This document shows positions 44,494-56,600 of a DNA stretch of 64,000 nucleotides, piece by piece. The stretch's first letter is position 1; each line of letters starts with the position of its first letter. The stretch covers positions 19,096,001 through 19,160,000 of the forward strand of contig OZ249444.1 in the NCBI GenBank assembly GCA_965235115.1, given 5' to 3'. This stretch comes from Laetmonice hystrix. Its lineage: Eukaryota. Below the pieces are notes generated by a model. It saw only the letters and a list, made by a program, of their open reading frames with translations, had not been told where the DNA came from and did no database searches. The translations under genes and the position numbers were made by a program.

Positions 44494-47400
44494 AAGAGAA
44501 AGACAGAGAGGGAAGATAGGCAGAGAAAGCAAGAGAGAGCTAGTGGTGATAATGACTTGATCTAGAATCAGATATCCCACCGAATAGGAAGCCAAACAGT
44601 CTGCATGCATGACATAAATAGTCCTATACATTGTGACATACGAAAAAAATGGAATCTTGTCTCTTTAAAACGTTCAATGGTGGGAGCTACTATAAGAGAA
44701 AAGACTGTAGGCCTAGGTGCAAAATCAATTCTTGATTTTGGTATCAATGGAGTTCAAATGACTCGATGTACTACATCGAACCAGAAGGGATTGTACCGGT
44801 GCGATGAGGGCCCCATTATCTCAATTCACACATTATCGCCCGTTTCTGTCAAATTCCCTTCAAATGACAGTTATCTCTGCGTGACACCTCCGCCAGGGCG
44901 CAGGACATAATTCAATTTCCGCCAATAGTCTAATTGAATCGTAGACCTGAAAGTGGCATGATCGACTCATCTAATTAATGAGGGCGAGGTCCACTGCCAG
45001 AGTGAACAATGAACAGGGGGCACTTAATGAAACATTACCACTCCAGAGTGGCGATTAAAAAAACAACAAATCTCTGTCACGCTTCTTGCATAGCTTGGTT
45101 TAAAGCGCATGTATTCGTATAGTAGGCCTATATCTCAGAGTTGCGGTTCTGACAATCGATGTTGTCGTCTTGAATGGTTAAAGATTCGCGTGAATGTTGT
45201 GGGTGAGATTGGCTGGGAACGAGAGGGCATGAACTTGTCACGTGGACTGTCGTCGGCAGGCAATGGCCCACTGCGCAGCCGCAGAACGTTCTCAACTTTG
45301 CCCTTCCGGTCCGAGCAGTGGCAGTGCATATTGAATTAATATAATGAAATGTCATGTTGATCGTATAGAAAAGTTTCAGCTTAGACAAAGCTGGTGTGCC
45401 ACATCCCCTATAGTACAACATTTACCCGTCCAGAGCGGCTTATAAGAATTCCTCGCTCAAATTTCTTTGTTGGAATTATATTGATGATGATCAAAGACCA
45501 AACATTTGAGCTTGCTTTCAACTGTTCGTATTCTCTATAGTTAGCTAATAATTCGACTGTTCGTATTATCTATAGTTAGCTAATAATTCGACTGTTCGTA
45601 TTATCTATATAGTTAGCTAATAATTCAGTGTTTCCTTCCGATCGTTTGATCCAGAAACAATAGAAATCAAAACTAAAAGATTTGATTATATGCCATAGCA
45701 TCCATCTGCTCCACACCTGCCCACCGGTTAAAAGCAAATGTCACAATGATATTTTAAAATTTCTTCGGCATCAGCATTAGTATAGATCAGTATAGGTGGG
45801 CCTATAAATGGCTTTTTTTGTTAATCCTGACGTATAGGTATACGTCTAGCAAATGTTTCATTATAAAGTCATAATCACTTCCACGTGTACCCATTGTTTT
45901 GTAAGCCAACACCTCCCAATCATGATAACAGAACATATTCAGTGCTGAGCTGATGTTTTGGGGTATTCCCACCTGCTGCGGGGACATAAATCAAGACTTA
46001 TGGCCCTCACATCTGGACGACTACGATCACTCCGAATTCCTCAATATCACGTACCTTCCGGTATGTAGACCACTGACCACCCCGTGCACAAATAGATCAC
46101 CTTTATCCCATTAACATCGGTCTATACACGCGAGCAACGGTCATTGTTTCGCCGTCATTTTTCCTTTCAGGGAAAAGCTATGATTATTTGAACCAATATC
46201 GAATGGTTCGAAAGAGGACATTCATAATTAATGTATATAATATCATAATCCCCCGAAGTGCTACCCGTATGAATACTAAAGATATATAAAATATACCCCA
46301 TCCCACCACTTTCCTTAATTTGCCGAAAGTAAAACTAATTCTACCTCTTATTTTGCCATCTGGTTGTTGGCCAACATACCACGGATCAGATATAATTAAG
46401 CATACAACTATCATCATTTAAATATTTTTGTCAGTTTAACTTCACTTTAATCTGAAATCATTGTTTGTATCAATTTCACAGGCCTTTACGACACGAACAA
46501 CAGTGATGATCGCACCCAGTGTCACCGTCCTGTCAGAGATATAGACAACATTTCTTGCGGCGATAGACAATGCTGGGTGCGCCCACATCCCTGAATGGAA
46601 GCAGCGGGAATGAATGCTCGTTTAGCGGCGGTATATTGGAGGGTGTATTTATCTACCCTGGTAGAACATGTGACCGGGGGCGGGTGTCACCGAGTGTGTT
46701 GGCTGTAGTGGGAGTCTGTACGGTCACAGACCCAGTATAGGAACCAGACAGTGCATGTAAACAGACCGGGCCGTCCTCACAAATGGAGCGGCTGAGACAA
46801 TACCGTAAAAACACAATCGATGACGGCGAATGATCATCTATGTACATGTGTGGGCTGATGGCGTAACTCGCTGATGGACGGGTGGGATTTACTATAAAGC
46901 CTAGTAGGAACCTCATGGTACCTGACATATATAGCTATAGTCTTAATAAGATCATTTTCTTTGTCAGTAAGCAGAAAGGAGGCTACACATTATATTCAAC
47001 CTCTCCCCTCCCTCTCTCTCTCTCTCTCTCTCTGTCAGTCAAACTAGAATGTGTGATAACATAGACCTACATGTATGTGTCCGCATCAATGTATAGAGTA
47101 TAGACCAGAGCCAGGCACGTGCGTGTATAGGCACTACATATATTTTCTGACATATGAATTATTCGAGCGATCTTGGCTCTGTGTGTGCGGACCCTCATAC
47201 CGACATATCTGTTTCAGTCAGTGAACGTATTGTGAAGTTGATTGACAGGTGGTATACGGTATGATAGATATGTTGTTACAGAAGCTTTACCACCTGTGTT
47301 CGGACACCTGTAACAGGCGAGCAAGAGGGCTGACTTCTGACATTTGTTTCTATGAGTTTAATTGATGAATGAGCATCAAAGTCAAAATACTAATCTAAAA

Positions 47401-50400
47401 GAAANNNNNNNNNNNNNNNNNNNNNNNNNNNNNNNNNNNNNNNNNNNNNNNNNNNNNNNNNNNNNNNNNNNNNNNNNNNNNNNNNNNNNNNNNNNNNNNN
47501 NNNNNNNNNNNNNNNNNNNNNNNNNNNNNNNNNNNNNNNNNNNNNNNNNNNNNNNNNNTGCAAAAACTCAGACCGGGTTGTTAAAGTTGTTGGGACCAAT
47601 CTAGCCCACGTGTTGTTAAGCATGCACTGACTAATTTGGATACTTAAACGACATGTATTTACTCAGTAATACTGGCTGGACAATGTGTTGGACCTGGATG
47701 TTTTGGGGCAGATCCATGTCCTCGTGGGATAACGACCGTGTTATTTAGGGACCTGGCCATGTCGGTACCAGGTGGTGCCTGCAATCATCAGGTCGGTCTA
47801 CCAGCTCTCGACCCTGGACATTACACAACATGAAGATATATGTTCACATACCTGGTAAAGACGTCGGGATAATGTGTTTTCTGGAACGCTCGCTCCAGCT
47901 CCTCCAGCTGGAAACTCGTGAAGGTCGTTCGGTAGCGGCGTTGTTTCCGTTTCCCGAATTCCTCCAGTTCGGGGTCCGTTTCGGAAACAGACAAGGAATC
48001 CTCGTTTTCTGGCGACGTGATGTCCCTCCGTTTGTTAACGTCATTTTTGTCGTGGTCGCTAGGTGACGGCACGACTGAGTCGCGATTGTCGGAATGTAGT
48101 CCTTGCTCGTGTACAGCTGTGTTGGGAGGGAGTTTACCATCTTGGCTTCTGTTGTCGGCGGTTGCCGCTAGGCTGGGCACTGTGATGTTTTGACAGACTT
48201 CAGTTTCTCGTGGTGTTTTCCCGTCCGGCCAGCTGTTCAGCAGCAGCCGTGAGTGTTCACTGCTCACAACTCGCCGCTGGAGATGGTCTGGCCGATCGCT
48301 CATAGTTTCTATGTCGTCAGAAACACAGATCTGATCCTCCTCGCCATCCTCCTCCTCCTCCTCTCCCTCAGCCATGTCCTCCTCATAATCTGACACTTCC
48401 TCCAGGTGATGATCTGGAGGATACACTGTTTGCTTCTTAAAGGGCTCTTTGGACCTTTTCAATGTCATCGTCTCACCGCGGGAGGTTAACTCCGAGGATT
48501 TGACCTCGTCCTGAAACTCCTGCTCACCACGGGAGTCGTCAGGGTGATGATAGGAAAGATCTTGATGACATCCTACCGGGTTCTCTCCATGGAGAGTTCT
48601 CTCCTCATGGCAGACAGTTGGGACATTTGTTCGCGTTGGCGTCGAGACATGACGACTGTTCTTGCAGGGAGGGGAGTGCGGTCCGTGGGTGGGACTGGGC
48701 TGAGACTCGGGTAGAACCCCGCTCCGGGCCTGGCTGTAGCGAGGCAAGCCCTCACTGAGGTACCCGGTGGGTGCTGGGGCGGCCATGGGTTGTGATAGCT
48801 GGTGGTGGTGAGACTGGTGGTGGTGGTGGTGGTGGAGTTGGAGCAGCCGGTGGTGGTCAGCGGCGGTGACGTTCACGTGTGCCCGGTAGGCGGCCGTGTA
48901 CCTGTCGATCTGCTGGCGCAGGTGAGACGCGCTAGGGGGGCGTGGGAGATCACCCCGGTATATGGGCGAGGGGGAGCGCGTCCCAACGCCAGTCACCCCT
49001 ATACTGTTCTTCACCTGACCCGACCGGCATCCTGGACTCAATGTCTCCACATTCATGTGCTCTGGCGACGTGGCTTTCTTCAGCGTCAATTCATCATCCG
49101 AACATACTGCAAAAGAAGTAGAATGTAACGTAATTACTTTAATCCACAAGACGTCATGCATATCTCAATCTGTAAGCTGGAAAATGTTTACATTAGCGGA
49201 AAATTGCTCGACAGTTTTGTAAATGGCGGTAACCTAGCTCTAGAAATGCGTGGACATTTGGTTAAGCTCCATAGAGCGGCTTCACGAGTGTGATTATCCG
49301 AAGTGGGGGCAAGAGATCAGCTTCGTTTTCCGCCGATAATATCGATGCTCCATTGCTGTCAACCGACCTGTGGCAGAGAAGTATGCTAATCGTTGTGAGT
49401 AAGATTGAGCATTTGCTGGCGGGCTCACTTCACGTCTGGCCATTTGGTGGCGCAGTGGGGGTCGGAGAACCCCCCCCCCCTCTTCTCGCGCCAGGACCGG
49501 ACCATTACCACCTCCCCCCGTACAGACTTTATCAGTTTAATGGACGCTTGTCATATAATTGTGGCCACTCTTGTGATAGTAACTGACAGGCACCGCCGGC
49601 ATGACGCCTATATTGCCATGCCAACGCAACAGGTTGATACGACCAAAAAGTATATTTTTGAATCATGTTTATATATAGTAAATTCACATGTTTAGAATTG
49701 TGTGAATCCATTCATGTATCAGTTTACGTTGCGTGTTTCAGTGTAATTGTGTAATAGGTGTTCAGATTGAAGTCTAATCATGGTTGAACGATATACAAAC
49801 AACGATACCCTGTATAATAGGCGGGTGTCAAGCTAGATTACCTGTCGTAATACTAAGTGGCTTAACTGCCGTTCCCCATGACTCATTCCTTTTAAATCTT
49901 ACAACTCGCCTGACCTCAAATTTCACTCCCTCTACAAACTTCAAATTTAGTGTAACACGGCTGACCGCAGGCCGAGTGAGCACCGAGTAAAAGTGGATCA
50001 AAACTTTCAAATAAAGTCGACAGAAACAGGGATGGGAGACACTCTTATAGTACTGCATATACTTGTAGAAATAACTGTCCTGTCATGGCTCCTTCCGTAT
50101 GAATTTAGGCTTAGATAAAGTATCTATAATATATCCGACTTGTATGATGATGATGGCGACGCGCAATTGTAAAATGGAAACACAATCCGCTAAATTTATA
50201 ATGTCCACCTGCTCAACAATAGCATCCACGTTATGCACGTGTGCGCAAGTGGCGCCCTCTATGGCGCAGACGGACTATACACCTGAAATTGATATATGTA
50301 TGTGGCATTAATACCTGTCAGGAAATCCAATGTCATGGATGTATAGAGTGAGCAAGGCCTGGACACATGTCAACAGCAGTGTTTGGTGTTTGACGTGCGT

Positions 50401-50919
50401 GCGCTGTGAGTTATGTGTGCTATAGGAGTGGATGCGGTGAGGATGGGGTTACCAAGGGGCCATACCTGCGTCCCTCCCTACCTGATCACCTGGTGTCAAA
50501 GGTCAGCGTTCGTACCATGACCGATCTCATCATATCGACAGAGATATGCTCCGGCCGATCATGTAAAATTGGCTGAAGAATACTACATAACGTTCAGCAA
50601 TGATTTGACGCAAATTTGACTCCATTGACTGTAATATTTGAAGCACCCGTTGAGCTGAAATGCCGAGATGATGAGACTATAAGAAACCTCGTTTGCTTTT
50701 GGTATTAAGTCGGTAGTAATATTAGCAGATAGCCTAATGACCGATCCTGATTTTGTCTCACAGGGAACTTTGGATTGAAATCACAAATCTCAATTTACGA
50801 TTCAATACGACGGCCTGTAGACCTCCTTGCCATATGCAGACTTTGATTTAAAGAAGTATTCAGCCATGGAAGGCTTCACGAACCGAAAAAGTTCAACGCT
50901 TACCGGTAGTTTCAACCAT
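37209..50919 (-). CDS. ARX: Aristaless/Arx paired-class (Q50) homeobox transcription factor with C-terminal OAR domain, 4 coding exons, ~671 aa
   Basis: Spliced homeodomain [34 protein letters not shown]|[15 protein letters not shown]|[26 protein letters not shown] and OAR motif [17 protein letters not shown]. Exons 50919-50904 (putative), 49106-47852, 40074-40029, 37907-37209 total 2016 nt, with an open frame ending in TAG. Confidence 0.95.
40029..40074 (-). CDS. ARX: Arx 46-nt homeobox exon (R)[15 protein letters not shown]
   Basis: Minus strand tttcag|G GAG GAG TTA GCC ATG AGG ATC AAT CTG ACA GAA GCC AGA GTA CAG|gtgggt. Not in the ORF track. Confidence 0.95.
40483..41100. repeat. 54/58-bp minisatellite with internal 16-bp palindrome, ~11 copies, in Arx intron 2
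   Basis: Unit TTTTATTTCTGGTCACATTATACATAGACAAGACAAGGCCTTGTCTATGGGTGG; palindrome AGACAAGGCCTTGTCT. Confidence 0.95.
44435..44519. repeat. (GA)n microsatellite
   Basis: Direct reading. Confidence 0.95.
45521..45626. repeat. 35-bp tandem repeat, 3 copies
   Basis: Unit ACTGTTCGTATTMTCTATAGTTAGCTAATAATTCG. Confidence 0.9.
47405..47558. other. Assembly gap (N run) in Arx intron 2
   Basis: 154 N. Confidence 0.99.
47852..49106 (-). CDS. ARX: Arx large exon 2 (His-rich and acidic N-terminal region plus first part of homeodomain)
   Basis: Lies inside ORF 47821..49161. Acceptor ttctacttcttttgcag| at 49107 and donor ACC AG|GTATGT at 47851. Encodes ...[33 protein letters not shown](R). Confidence 0.93.
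50904..50919 (-). CDS. ARX: Putative Arx first coding exon (ATG GTT GAA ACT ACC G; MVETT-)
   Basis: Minus strand reads gtcaccATGGTTGAAACTACCG|GTAAGC: strong Kozak context, an upstream in-frame TAG, and a phase-1 donor that matches the phase-1 acceptor at 49106. Confidence 0.6.
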
Positions 50920-53504
50920 GGTGACCCGGGTTAGCTAGTATAGAGTTCTGTTTTCACGATCTTCACTGCATCCAGTCACTTGCGGTGTAAAAATATCCCA
51001 GGTGGTTCACAGAAGATAAGCAAGGCTGCTGACAATAATTTTCTCCTGAAAGTGCCTCCTGGCAGTGTGCATGACTGTAGTATTTGGTTTCTATGGTGAG
51101 CGGGAGAAACACAACAGCCCCTCGTGCGAGGGTCGCCAAGCCATCTGTGACGTCTGCGGTGGTCGGCGTCGAACTGCGCATCGCACCGCCACCACCGACC
51201 GCTGTCTGCAGACGGATGGTGGCCCCGAGGCTAGTGCCCGGATGTTGATGGTGGTCGAGGCGGGTGCCATTTTGTGCCTACTTCCACTTGTCAGCGGCCA
51301 GCAGCGACTGAGCGCAATTACAGGGCATTACAGGGATACGATTGATTACTTAATTGGGACAATTTGGGGTGTCGTACAACGGACTTTGGCTCCGAGGAGA
51401 GAACGCATTATGAAAAAAAAAGTTGACGAAGTGGTCGGCTTAGCCCTGGTAATTCCGTTGGTGTTACACTGAATGGACTATAACGTCTTGATTCGGACCG
51501 TGCATGTTTTGCTCAGACCTCACCATTTTTGCATGACATTACTCTTTTCCGTAGAACGTAGAGGGCGCACTTCCCCTCAAGGAAATTACAAGCAGTGTTC
51601 CCCCTTAGATCTGGGCCAGGGGAAGGGCGTAGAATGATAAAATCAACGTGAAAGTCCAAAATGTATTGTGTTGCAGTGTTGCAATGTCATTTAATTGGCA
51701 TTCAGGCGTATAGTTGAACGTCTGGTGATGAAGTCGAAAAAAAAACCAACTAGACCTCTAGCTATAACCAGTTCTGTGTGATTCAGGATGATGCAATGAT
51801 ATGGTTTAGTCTCAAAGATTAAACATTAAGAACATATCATCTGGAGTTCCACTCTGAAATAATTTATTACAGGAATCCTTTATCTTGACACTAACGTCTC
51901 TACTGGACAGAATGACACTTAAAACTAACACCATAAACGATGACACTGATGTCACAAAGCATTTGTTATATACATTTCCCCATGCATAATATAAATTATA
52001 GAGCGCCGAATCGAAGTATCATTGTCACGGTTACGAATGAAGGGATTTGTATATATCATTGTAGGCCTGACATTGTCCGTTGTACCAAACATTACGTCGG
52101 TATACGCTATCGATGGCCCGGCTGATTGTTCGTCTGCTCCAGCGCCCGTTTCCCGCGTTTCGCGCTATCGACGCAGCAGACGACCGATACAAACAGTTTC
52201 GCGCCACGGAAGCGCCCACGTTCATACATCTGAGCACGCGCACTGCACGCATCCTTTGTGGAGACGCAATGCAAAGTGTTCCCGTTCCACTGCCAAACAT
52301 GACCACCGTTCAATCCAGACAAATAAACCTTTGCCTGACGTGCTATCTCCTCGAAACAGTTCCTCTGCCATAAAGCTTGAAACTCGATACAACCATGTTT
52401 CTACCGTTAAAGAAAAAATCCATCGGCTGCGGCACTGACTCATTTATTCAATATGTTTCTCTTTCAAGGCAGCGAGGACCTAATTTCCTAAATAGGAAAC
52501 CTCTTTCATAATTCAATAGGAAACTTAATTGGGGTGTCGGCGAAAAGTGTCAGGTGGCCACTTAGTACAATCATTAACTTGCAAAGGCGCCAAGGCCCGG
52601 CAGCCGATCTGTATACCTTATACCTTGGTCGATTTTGATATTTACTTCAATTATAAATGATTAATAGGGTTCTTCATTTTTCTTGCCAATTAAAGTACGG
52701 AAAGGGGCAAAAAGCGAGAGTTTAACGATGAAAGTACACGAGTTTTATAACACCAAAGAAACTTAGTGAGCCAAATGTTTCAATCATCCAGAAAGGTGGC
52801 AGCACTGTCGACAGACCGCCTGGCATATTGGCATTTGTAATCCCTGCGCTTTACGAGAATTAGTAATTTGTGGGAAATATTTTATCAATTCCTGACAGAA
52901 ATAAATGGACGCATAGATCTAAGAACTTAATAAAAACACATAGGAAAAAAACCTTATACATATCTACAATAATATGCGTAGAATAATATATGATCGGCAA
53001 CAATGAGCAGCCCGGATGTATCTGTAAATATCTCGCGTTTCACCTGCGGCTCTGACATGTGAAAGAAGCCATCTGTCGCGCTGGGTTGGCGCTTGTCACG
53101 AGGCGGTTAGGCTGCGTTCACCGCCAGCAGTTACACGCGATACGCGACTGTATCCATGTCGTCATTGTGTCTGCCTAATAAGTGTACATCTACGGTGTGG
53201 CAGATTGTTGAGTGGTGTGATAAAATATAAATGAAAAAATTACCCAGTGATGTGTGGAGTATTAGGCATGCATTGAGATACAAAACTACTTACGAAAACA
53301 AGAGGCCTAAATAGTTGTCTGGTTCCCCCTGTCAATGTTTCTGACTGTGCCGTCTCTCTCATGCGAGTTTGCGTCGCACGTTGACAGAAAGTGCCATCCA
53401 AGCATTATAACAACGTTTTAAAACCCCATGAGATATCATTGAAAAGTATTTATCCCGCGTACACAGCGTGTTAATCTGAATGACGGTTAGAAAAATGATC
53501 GATT

Positions 53505-53603
53505 TCATTCAGTGTCGATCGGCGGTGTGCATTCAGTCTCTGACTGTCGATCGGCGGTGTGCATTCAGTCTCTTACTGTCGATCGGCGATGTGCATTCAG
53601 TCT
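53505..53603. repeat. 32-bp tandem repeat, ~3 copies
   Basis: Unit TGTCGATCGGCGGTGTGCATTCAGTCTCTGAC. Confidence 0.85.
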
Positions 53604-56600
53604 CGGACCATCGCACACAACACGAACGCAGTCATGCGTGGCGCAGGCCGTACGCCGTATCCCTTCCGATATGTACGTTTCTGTGACAAGGCGAGGCAGT
53701 GATGCTTTCAGCTCGACGCTAATACGACAAGTAACATGTGGCGTCAATGGACACACTGAAGAGACGCCAAAGAGTGGCGCGTTGGGCGTCGGACCGATCC
53801 CTTGTGGACAACTACACCATAATGTTTGCATCGAGACTCCTGTACATCTCCGCTGTCATGCAGACGCTTGTCATTTCACAGGCGAATTATGACTATGACG
53901 ACCTATTATGATCATTCTCTCAATGAAGCCATTAAAAACTCATCAGGTCACCTATCGGACAAATAACCATTCAGTAAAAGTGTGGAGAGTTTATGGCTCA
54001 ACCGTTTTATTAGACAATATGAATTAGATATTGAAGTGTCAGGGTTATCGATTCGGAACAAGTGATGGTGTTATGAAACTAAGTACGGAATGGAGAGCGA
54101 TAAGGGGAGGCGATGAGCATTTAATATCGGTATCTCATCCGTAATCAGTTCTTTTATTATCGTGGTTTAACATAGTTTGCTTACAATTAATGAAAATCTA
54201 ATAATTTACCCCCGACGAATCGGCGTCCCAGGCACGTCGACGCCTCGTGGACGCGACGTCGGATGGGATGGGATGGGCTAGGGGGAACAATGGGCCGGGC
54301 CAGGAACGCTGGCGTCTGAGCGCAGGTGTATAATGAAATTAAGGCTCATTAATAGACGCCAACGTTTGCCGACTGTAGCCCCTGGCCGCTCATACATTAC
54401 GTCCAGCCGTGGACCACGAGTTCGCTGATACCCGCCCAACTCCCACTTTTACGTCAGTTATTAGATGTTACAAATCATTTCTAAGTTACTGCATCCTAAG
54501 GTCCCACCACCTCAGAAAAAAAACCTATAGGATTCATGTTTCACTGAGTTATGCCGTGTCGTATTATTTCTATGGCTTTATACTAAAGCGTCGCAGATAA
54601 AGAGATAGGCCTAATTGTAGACTTACCAACAATGTTTTATAATTAAGAAATCAAGCATCGAACAGTCCATTGTAAAGTGAACAAAAGTAATGTTCACGAA
54701 ATTGCTCTGATAACCACACATACAGATATAGGCCTATAGGATGCCCTGGATTATAATTTATTATAATGTATAAGCGTGTCAGACACAACCTTACGATATT
54801 ATATAAGGGATGATATACAAATGATACAATTATACCAAACGAATGCTAATACTGGACACTTATGTACGTACTGAAAATATAACATGATTATCGACTTGAC
54901 GCCTCTCATTATAAAAAGCCTTGTGGATGCAATGCAGCATGCACAGGTCGAGCAGAGTCAACTGTTACACCTGATAGGACAGAATTCTTTACGGATTTAA
55001 TTAACCTGATGGGTACAATTAGGACAGCGAATAATTAGACGGGCGAGTCTCAGTGTCTGCTCTACAAGTACATGTAATAGGCTATCCTCGCGCATGGCTA
55101 TTCTGACCGGCTCGTACAAAGTATTTGACATCATCTGGTGTGTAGGCCTCATACACTCAGACGGCACATCTAGGTGTTTTTCTTATATTAATATAACAAT
55201 TTTATTTGGGGGATTAAAGGGAATAGAAAAGTTCAAACTATCAATATAAGGGTGTTCAGCATGAACAAGCTTGTTCTTACCTACAATTCTGTGATTACCT
55301 GATTTTTAATAAAGGAATAATCAACCGAAATTCTCCCGCTGGCTTCGTCCGTTTGTTTACCCTATTTGACCATTACCTCAATCTATTAATAGATATAGCT
55401 CCCGCTGTCTCGCGTGGGAAATAGCGAATGACCCGGGCGGTATTTTTAAAAAGTCGCCGTAGACAGTGTTCCACTTATCGGTGTGACCTTGGACACTTTA
55501 TATGGTGTTACTGGTGTTCAAAGGTACGTTAGTGAGGAACTTTTGCTGTAGGTTTAATGCCCTTATTGTTTTGGCTGATGAATGCAATGAGTTTAAGACA
55601 ATGGTAATTAGCAGATGTCAATAATTTACGACTTGTGGGAGAACGCAGTATAACTTCTAAACCGCCAGGGGGGATACGCGCCCTAAATCTGGATATGTAA
55701 TCTATCATGGGAATCTTTTTATTTTATTTTTTAAGGGCACTGACCTTTTAACCTTTGTAAGCGATTAAATTGAACCTCTCGATAACGAAAGCGGCCCGGT
55801 GGTTCTGGTAAACACACGTTGTTCCCTTTCCAGTTTCTTCGAACAGCAGCTTTCTTACAACATTATTGTTAGATCCTCCAGTCCATCATTTTTACAAACT
55901 GCACTGGCAGTCGGCCTACATGGGGTCAATCAGGTACTCGGCACGAACGAGAAAACACCCCCTTTGGCGGGAAGAGACATTTACTTAGACGCCCTCACCC
56001 TGAAGAACTGCAGCAGGTCTATACCTGGATGATACAACACTTGAAAAGGCCGCGTCTCGTCAAACAATGGCGCCAATTTACCCTCTCCTCGATACAAGCC
56101 GCAGAAACCTGCGCCAACGGCCCACGATACGGCCATGTTTACCCACACATCCTCACCTTTTCTGTGAGAGAAAAAATTACAAGAAAGAAAAAAACCCTAC
56201 CGATCCTAGCTAACTCCACCCTCGACCTAGGGTGTGCTGGGCGTGTATCTAGTGGCGAGCTTGTTGGTTGAGTTTTATTTGTTTACACGCGATTAAGAAT
56301 CCGTTGTTTACCGATCACATTACGCCTGTTTGCGTTTCTCATGTTTTCATAAAACACATTCTCTATAGTAGAAGGGCCATGCACTGGTGCCCCGTGAGAA
56401 TTATTTCCTAAATTAATCCGACACATATTTACATTCTCATGTATGTATATGCCCACAAGGGGAAATGTAGGCCTGGGTTTCGCTTCGAGTGCATGTCATT
56501 AGCAAAGACAGAGGCTCCCAACCACACAGAGGGATTGTGTTGCCGACTGGTTCAGTAGTGACTTACTCATCGTTAACATGTGTGATTCATAGAAAGAAAA

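Noticed and set aside
44134-44631. 165-aa ORF with an SLSLSL run (similarly 60668..61153 with ERERER)
   Set aside because: Driven by (GA)n microsatellites; no recognisable domain.
49107-49161. ATG at 49161 as the Arx start (ORF 47821..49161)
   Set aside because: The first 18 codons overlap a strong polypyrimidine tract and acceptor, and a phase-compatible Kozak-context exon exists at 50904-50919. Retained only as a possible alternative.
50251-50264. CTCF-like GCCATAGAGGGCGC (reverse) in Arx intron 1
   Set aside because: Only 11/14 to the consensus, so too weak to call.
51065-56271. Plus-strand ORFs of 60-138 aa upstream of Arx (e.g. 51065..51472, 52022..52438, 53512..53892)
   Set aside because: No recognisable domain or splice chain, and several use non-ATG starts. 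The length is explained by local GC richness.
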